Shown here piece after piece: positions 58,070 through 64,000 of a DNA stretch of 64,000 nt. The notes below the pieces were generated by a model. That model was not told the origin of the DNA, did no database searches, and saw only the letters and a list, made by a program, of their open reading frames with translations. The DNA is from a bacterium. GTDB lineage: Bacteria > JAAXHH01. The number at the start of each line of letters is the position of its first letter. Positions within the stretch are counted from its first letter, which is position 1. Location of the stretch: NCBI GenBank assembly GCA_965248395.1, contig OZ252103.1, positions 3,222,876 to 3,286,875 on the forward strand, in the 5' to 3' direction. Both the position numbers and the translations under genes were made by a program.

Positions 58070-58849
58070 ATGTCGTTTGAGACGATCCTCTTTAACCAGG
58101 ACCGCGGGGTGGTTACGCTTTCGATCAACCACCCACCCTTGAACGTACTCAGCGCCCAGGTTGGAAAAGAGCTCGACGAAGCCCTTGACCGGATCAACGG
58201 CGATTCAACCGCTTCCGTGGTGGTACTAACGGGTAGCGGCGACCGGGCCTTTGCTGCCGGAGCCGATATCCGGGAACTGCAGCGGCTGTCCGGTGCGGAC
58301 GCCGAGGAAATGACCCATCGCTGGCATCGTCTCTTCCGGCGGATCGAAAGTTTTAGACTGCCGGTCATCGCCGCGGTAAACGGAGTGGCGTTGGGAGGCG
58401 GTTGCGAACTGGCCATGGCGTGCGATTTGAGGTACGCCTCGGAGAAAGCCCGGTTCGGCCAGCCGGAAATCAACCTTGGCCTGATCCCGGGATGGGGCGG
58501 AACGCAGCGGCTGCCGCGGCTGATAGGCCGGGGAAGGGCCCTTGAGTTGATGATGACGGGCGATATGTTCGATGCCGCGGAGGCAGAACGCCTCGGGCTC
58601 GTCAATCGTGTCACGGCACCGGAAGCCTTGATGGAGACGGTCGGGAAACTGGCCGGGCGCATGGCCGCCAAGGGCGGCGTCGCCCTCGCATCCATCAAGA
58701 CCTGCGTCAACGAAGGACTGGATCAGACGCTGGACGACGCCCTGGCACTGGAGGCCCGTGAATTCGGAGCGGTAAGCTCCACAGAAGACAAGGCGGAAGG
58801 CATTTCGGCGTTTCTCGAGAAGCGTCCGGCGCAATTCCGGGGCCGTTGA
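58070..58849 (+). CDS. enoyl-CoA hydratase (crotonase)
   Basis: AFAAGADI, ALGGGCELAMACD, GQPEINLGLIPGWGGTQRL, AFLEKR. Confidence 0.93.
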   Translation: MSFETILFNQDRGVVTLSINHPPLNVLSAQVGKELDEALDRINGDSTASVVVLTGSGDRAFAAGADIRELQRLSGADAEEMTHRWHRLFRRIESFRLPVIAAVNGVALGGGCELAMACDLRYASEKARFGQPEINLGLIPGWGGTQRLPRLIGRGRALELMMTGDMFDAAEAERLGLVNRVTAPEALMETVGKLAGRMAAKGGVALASIKTCVNEGLDQTLDDALALEAREFGAVSSTEDKAEGISAFLEKRPAQFRGR

Positions 58850-58926
58850 TTCGGACGAGAATACGCGGTAGGCCAACTTAATCGATAACCCTATCCACAG
58901 GTACGCGGCAGGAAAAGAGAGTAGGT

Positions 58927-59244
58927 ATGCAGATGGGACCCACCGAGGGTGAATACATTCAGGTAACTGGCGAATTCGAAAAGCGCGAAGCCATCGAATT
59001 CTGTGTTCAGGATCTTAACAGCAAGAAGATGGAATTCGGCGTCTGCGAGCAGGACGGCAAGTACTTCGTCGCCCGGGTCATCGTACCCGACGAGGAGATC
59101 GATACCCGTTCCAAGATCATCACGATGCGCAGCGACCGGGTGGACATACACGGCAATCCTCGCGGGATCATCCGCAAGGGGATTTACAACTTCGTGGAGT
59201 GGTACGCGGACGGAGAGGTTACCGCGCAGGCCAGCGCCGTCTAA
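58927..59244 (+). CDS. hypothetical protein
   Basis: 105 aa ORF with genome-typical GC3 bias, co-oriented with neighbours. Confidence 0.7.
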   Translation: MQMGPTEGEYIQVTGEFEKREAIEFCVQDLNSKKMEFGVCEQDGKYFVARVIVPDEEIDTRSKIITMRSDRVDIHGNPRGIIRKGIYNFVEWYADGEVTAQASAV

Positions 59245-59405
59245 GATCCGGATCGATTCACCCGCGCGGACTGTCCGTTATCAACAACCTGATCTACCGG
59301 AACCCGGGTCGCTTCGTACCTGAAAGGGTCCGTACCCGGGCCGCACCGTACCTGAACCAGTCAGCATACTGCTAAATACCAGGCTGCGCGCCTATCGCTC
59401 GACAT

Positions 59406-59440
59406 AGCCATGGAAGCTAACCAGCCTTCCATGGTTTTTT
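59406..59440 (+). terminator. intrinsic terminator hairpin
   Basis: AGCCATGGAAG / CTTCCATGGTT stem followed by TTTT. Confidence 0.7.
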
Positions 59441-59480
59441 GATATTAATCCATATCCCTCCAGCAAACGAAGCCGTCAGC

Positions 59481-61382
59481 ATGCCTCTCGTCTCCCTCCA
59501 TAAAGTCGCGAAATACTACGGCGCACAGTGCGTCCTGCAGGACATAAGCTGGGGCATCGATTCCGGTCACCACGTGGGCCTCATCGGTTCCAACGGTACC
59601 GGGAAGACGACCATGCTGCAGCTCATCACGGGCGACCTGTCGCCTGACGAGGGCGAGATCTCCCGCCGCCGCGACATCCAGGTCGGCTACCTGACCCAGG
59701 ACGCCCACCTGACCTCCACCAACTCCGTTCTGGACGAGGCGCTGAGCAGTTTCGAGCGTATTCACGACCTGGAGCGACGACTTCGCGAGGCCGAAGAAGC
59801 GCTGGAGAAAGCAAAGGGCGACACGGAAGAAACCGAAGGCCTGCTGTTGCAATACGGACGGCTGGAGGAAGAGTACGAGCGGGCCGGGGGATATACCTAC
59901 CAGCACCGGGCGCGGACGGTGCTCCACGGCCTGGGTTTCAGGGACGAAGACCTGCCCCTGCCCGTCCACGTGCTCAGCGGGGGACAAAAGACTCGCCTGC
60001 GGCTGGGAAAGCTGCTGTTGGGCGACGCGGACTTCTTGCTGCTCGACGAACCGGAAAGCCACCTCGACGTGGCCGCGACGGAATGGCTGGAGGAGTATAT
60101 AACGGACCATCCAGCGGCGATCCTGCTCGTGTCCCACGACCGCTATTTCCTCGACCGGACCGTAAACCGCATCTCCGAACTGGAAGACCTGGGTCTGAAG
60201 AACTTTCCCGGCAATTACACCCAGGCCATGGCGGTCAAGGCCGAACGCATCAAGGCGCAGCAACGGCAATATGAACAGCAACAGGCTTTCATCAAGGAGC
60301 GGGAAGAGTTCATCCGGCGGCACATCGAGGGCGTGAAAACCCTGCAGGCCCAGGGCCGTCGAAGCCACCTGGAACGCCTGAAACGCATCGATAAGCCCCA
60401 GTCGCGGCACCGCACGGCGTCCCTCAACTTCGGCTCGATGAAGCGCAGCGGCCGGGACGTGCTCATGCTTGACGGCATATCCAAAAGTTACGGAATAAAG
60501 ACGCTGTTCTCTAACCTTTCCTTCATCCAGCACCTTGGCGATCGCGTGGGACTGATCGGGTACAACGGCGCCGGCAAAACCACGCTGCTTCGCATGATCG
60601 TCGGGGAGGAGACACCCTCGTCGGGAACCATACGCCTCGGCACGGGTGTGGACATCGGCTACTACGACCAGGAACGGGCAAGCCTGTCGGGCGAGCGGTC
60701 CGTACTGAACGAAATCTGGTCCGTCAAGCCTTCCATGAACGAGGGCTCGGTGCGCAACCTTCTCGGCCGTTTCCTGTTCCGCGGAGACGATGTATTCAAG
60801 CAGGTGAGCCTGTTGAGCGGGGGCGAACAGGGTCGGCTGGCGCTGGCCAAGCTGATCCTCGAAGAACCGAACTTCCTCATACTCGACGAACCGACCAACC
60901 ATCTGGACATCCTGTCCCGGCAAGCCCTCGAACAGGCGCTGGCCAACTACCCCGGCACCCTGATGGTGGCGTCCCACGACCGGTACTTCCTCGACCAGAT
61001 GGTGAACGCGCTGCTGATCTTCGAGCAGGAAGGCGTCACCCACTGGCAGGGAACCTACTCGGAATACCGGGCCTTCAAGGAGGAACAACGCCTCGCCGAG
61101 GCCAGGTCAAAGGAGAAAAAACCGCGCAAGAAGACCGCGGCGGTCTACGACCCCCGGGCAAAAGAGCGCAAGGAGCAGCAGAAAGTCGCCGAGACCCTGG
61201 AAACGGCCATCCGGGAGAAAGAGGCCGAAGTAGCACGCCTCGAGGGCGACCTGAACGAGGAAGGGACGTTCTCGGACCACGAGAAGGTATCGGAAGTCGG
61301 GAACGCCTACATCCAGGCCCGGCAGGAGTTGGAAGATCTCTACGTGGAGTGGGAGGTCGCCGCCATGGAGTTGGAAGATTAG
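59481..61382 (+). CDS. ABC-F family ATP-binding protein (Uup/YdiF-like)
   Basis: Two NBDs (GSNGTGKT, GYNGAGKT; LSGG; DEP; SHDRYFLD), no TMs, C-terminal coiled coil. Confidence 0.93.
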   Translation: MPLVSLHKVAKYYGAQCVLQDISWGIDSGHHVGLIGSNGTGKTTMLQLITGDLSPDEGEISRRRDIQVGYLTQDAHLTSTNSVLDEALSSFERIHDLERRLREAEEALEKAKGDTEETEGLLLQYGRLEEEYERAGGYTYQHRARTVLHGLGFRDEDLPLPVHVLSGGQKTRLRLGKLLLGDADFLLLDEPESHLDVAATEWLEEYITDHPAAILLVSHDRYFLDRTVNRISELEDLGLKNFPGNYTQAMAVKAERIKAQQRQYEQQQAFIKEREEFIRRHIEGVKTLQAQGRRSHLERLKRIDKPQSRHRTASLNFGSMKRSGRDVLMLDGISKSYGIKTLFSNLSFIQHLGDRVGLIGYNGAGKTTLLRMIVGEETPSSGTIRLGTGVDIGYYDQERASLSGERSVLNEIWSVKPSMNEGSVRNLLGRFLFRGDDVFKQVSLLSGGEQGRLALAKLILEEPNFLILDEPTNHLDILSRQALEQALANYPGTLMVASHDRYFLDQMVNALLIFEQEGVTHWQGTYSEYRAFKEEQRLAEARSKEKKPRKKTAAVYDPRAKERKEQQKVAETLETAIREKEAEVARLEGDLNEEGTFSDHEKVSEVGNAYIQARQELEDLYVEWEVAAMELED

Positions 61383-61470
61383 AAACCAGTGGACTGTCCT
61401 GGCGGAGGAGTGCCACTGATCGGAACGGTTCACGACGACGAAACTTAAAGAGTCGGAAAACGGAGGCAAC

Positions 61471-62442
61471 TTGTACGACGCAATCATCATCGGGGCCGGA
61501 CCGGCGGGACTGGCCGCGGCCCACGCAGCCCAGGAAGCGGGACTGGACTACCTGGTCGTCGAACGCCAGTGCATCGTCCACACCATCTACCAGTTTCCCA
61601 CGGGCCTGATCTTCTACTCGACCCCGGAACTCATCTCGCTGGGCGACGTGCCCATGATCATCCAGGGACTCAAACCGACCCGTGAAGAGGCCCTGAACTA
61701 TTACCTGAAATTCGTCGAGACCAAGAGACTCAAGGTAAACACCTACGAGGAAGTCCTCAGCATCTCCGGCCAGAACGGGGGTTTCGAAATACGTACCGAT
61801 TCGCAGCGGGAGGGCGTACAGTGTTACCGGACGCGTAAGGTCGTCCTCGCTACCGGCGGTTTCGACAGTGCCAACCGAATAGGCGTGCCCGGCGAGGAAC
61901 TACCCAAGGTCTTCCATTACTTCAAGGAAGCCCACCCCTACTTCGACCGGGACGTCCTCGTCGTGGGCGGCAAAAGCTCAGCCGTGGAAACGGCCCTGAC
62001 CCTGTACCGCGCCGGCGCCCGGGTCACCATGTCCTACCGCCGCAGCCAGTTCTCCGGCATCAAGTACTGGGTCCTGCCCGACCTGGAGAACCGTATCAGC
62101 GAAGGGTCGATCACGGCCATCATGGATTCCAACATGAAGGAAATACGCCAGACGGAAGTGGTACTGGACGTGGCCGGAACGGAACGCGTGATCCCGAACG
62201 ACTTCGTCTTCTGCATGACGGGCCACGGACCCGACGTGCCCTTCCTCAACGGCACGGGCGTCGAGGTCCAGCCCGAGAACAACACACCGGTCCACGATCC
62301 CGACACCTTCGAATCCAACGTGCCCGGAATCTACGTTATTGGCGTCATCACGGCCGGCAACGTGAGCAGCGACACCTTCATCGAGAACAGCCGCTTGCAT
62401 GGACCGAAGGTTGTAGAGCATATTGTTAAAAACGGTTTATAG
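61471..62442 (+). CDS. ypdA: YpdA family bacillithiol disulfide reductase
   Basis: [51 protein letters not shown]; TTG start with GGAGG RBS. Confidence 0.88.
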   Translation: MYDAIIIGAGPAGLAAAHAAQEAGLDYLVVERQCIVHTIYQFPTGLIFYSTPELISLGDVPMIIQGLKPTREEALNYYLKFVETKRLKVNTYEEVLSISGQNGGFEIRTDSQREGVQCYRTRKVVLATGGFDSANRIGVPGEELPKVFHYFKEAHPYFDRDVLVVGGKSSAVETALTLYRAGARVTMSYRRSQFSGIKYWVLPDLENRISEGSITAIMDSNMKEIRQTEVVLDVAGTERVIPNDFVFCMTGHGPDVPFLNGTGVEVQPENNTPVHDPDTFESNVPGIYVIGVITAGNVSSDTFIENSRLHGPKVVEHIVKNGL

Positions 62443-62528
62443 CACATGCAACACCTAATGACATGCTTGGAGATCCATCACCTGAACAACATCTTGAATC
62501 CTCATCCCAACCTCTCAAAGGTAAACCT

Positions 62529-63032
62529 ATGAGCGAATACGCGTCCTCTTCCGCTCCTCTCGTCGGCGTAGTCATGGGCAGCAAGTCGGACTGGGATACC
62601 ATGAGCCACGTCAAGGAGGTACTCGAGCAATTCGACGTACCCCATGAATGCTGGATCGTCTCGGCCCACAGGACGCCCCTCTGGCTGGCCGAATACGCGG
62701 CCGAGGCCGAGGGACGGGGACTCGAAGTCATCATCGCGGGCGCCGGCGGCGCGGCCCACCTGCCTGGCATGATGGCGGCCCAGACCCTGCTGCCCGTCCT
62801 TGGCGTGCCCGTGGAAAGCAAGGCGCTTAAAGGCATGGACTCCCTGCTTTCCATCGTCCAGATGCCCCGCGGTATCCCCGTAGGCACCCTGGCTATCGGC
62901 CAGTCCGGTGCCGTAAACGCGGCCCTGCTCGCCGTGGCCATTCTGGCCAATTCGCGACCGAATCTCAGGGAGAAAATAAGGCAGTACCGGGAAGACCAGA
63001 CCGGCAAGGTCATGGGGGATAAGCTGCCATGA
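62529..63032 (+). CDS. purE: N5-CAIR mutase
   Basis: [35 protein letters not shown]. Confidence 0.97.
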   Translation: MSEYASSSAPLVGVVMGSKSDWDTMSHVKEVLEQFDVPHECWIVSAHRTPLWLAEYAAEAEGRGLEVIIAGAGGAAHLPGMMAAQTLLPVLGVPVESKALKGMDSLLSIVQMPRGIPVGTLAIGQSGAVNAALLAVAILANSRPNLREKIRQYREDQTGKVMGDKLP

Positions 63033-64000
63033 ACAATGCGAACGAACATAGTGACGTGCTTGACATGAGCAGTATGACCGGCCCCGTACTTCCTGGCTCG
63101 ACCATCGGCATCCTGGGCAGCGGCCAACTCGGCCGCATGATCGCCATCGCCGCGCGGCGCATGGGCTACCGCGTCCACACACTTTCACCAGAGGTTGACT
63201 CGCCCACTGGGCAGATCTCCGACCGCGAAGTCGTGGCCGCCTACGACGACGTAGAGGCCGTAAAGCGCTTTGCTGAAGACGTGGACGTCATCACCCTCGA
63301 GTTCGAAAACATATCCGCCGCCTGTGTCGACGCCGCTTCGCCCATCGTGCCGGTACGACCGAAAGGAAGCGTGCTCCACACGACCCAGAACCGCCTGCGA
63401 GAGAAGACCTTCTTAGCTAAAAACGGCTTCCCCGTCGCACCCTTCCGCCACGTCAAGTCAAGGGAGGAACTCGCAGCGGCAGTCGAGGAAATCGGCACAC
63501 CCGCCGTGCTCAAGACCGCCGGATTCGGGTACGACGGCAAGGGGCAGGTACGGATCGACGAGAAAGAAGAAGTCGACCGCGCATGGACGTCATTGGCGGG
63601 ACAGGAAGCTGTCCTCGAAGCGTTCATTGATTATCAATTTGAACTGTCCGTTGTGGCCGCACGAGGGTCAACAGGCGAATTCGCGCATTACAGAGCGGTC
63701 GAGAACAAACACAGTAACCATATCCTCGACATCACGACTGCGCCGGCCGACGTATCCGGCGCAGTGAACCTTACCGCCGTGAATCTGACGAGAAGGATAT
63801 TCGAAGCGCTCGAATTAGTCGGAGTCGCCTGTGTCGAGTATTTCCTCGACCGCGATGGAAACCTGATCATCAACGAGATCGCTCCCCGGGTCCACAACTC
63901 GGGTCACTTCACCTTCGACGCCTGCGTCACCAGTCAGTTCGAACAGCAGGTGCGCGCCGTGTGCGGACTCCCGCTCGGCTCGACCGGACAACAGCGACCT
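63029..64000 (+). CDS. purK: N5-CAIR synthase (runs off the window end)
   Basis: ATGA overlap with purE; [47 protein letters not shown]. Confidence 0.95.
   Translation, partial: MNNANEHSDVLDMSSMTGPVLPGSTIGILGSGQLGRMIAIAARRMGYRVHTLSPEVDSPTGQISDREVVAAYDDVEAVKRFAEDVDVITLEFENISAACVDAASPIVPVRPKGSVLHTTQNRLREKTFLAKNGFPVAPFRHVKSREELAAAVEEIGTPAVLKTAGFGYDGKGQVRIDEKEEVDRAWTSLAGQEAVLEAFIDYQFELSVVAARGSTGEFAHYRAVENKHSNHILDITTAPADVSGAVNLTAVNLTRRIFEALELVGVACVEYFLDRDGNLIINEIAPRVHNSGHFTFDACVTSQFEQQVRAVCGLPLGSTGQQRP

Noticed and set aside
62443-62528. Purine or ZTP riboswitch upstream of purE
   Set aside because: The 86-bp gap shows no recognisable aptamer motifs or stems.

Overview
GC-rich (roughly 60-65% by eye), gene-dense chromosomal segment of a diderm bacterium (MlaD/E, TonB-ExbBD, lipoproteins). 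The many Gfo/Idh/MocA oxidoreductases, a sulfatase, a PhyH dioxygenase, BrxA/YpdA and a PstS-TPR-ExbBDD-TonB cluster suggest an FCB-group organism such as a Latescibacterota/Gemmatimonadota-like lineage (inference only). It holds about 60 CDSs and two tRNAs (Glu-CTC, Gln-CTG). Recognisable genes include acs, hppA, mlaE/mlaD, split methylmalonyl-CoA mutase plus epimerase, dgt, a Pot-like ABC transporter, a Rieske oxygenase, an M16 peptidase, arsR-arsI, queF, ino1, ypdA, purE and purK. No integrase, transposase, prophage or CRISPR array was seen. The most notable observations are: a histidine-phosphatase/3-methyladenine glycosylase fusion; a lipoprotein made of a stand-alone C-terminal domain of the SAM hydrolase/halogenase family; a tRNA-like fold with a competing hairpin in an aminotransferase leader; a 31-bp phased repeat array upstream of two D-amino-acid PLP enzymes; an arsR-arsI-transsulfuration lyase unit; hppA tightly coupled to mlaE-mlaD with no mlaF; and an ino1-unknown-queF operon. 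All calls come from motif recognition by eye; no searches were run.
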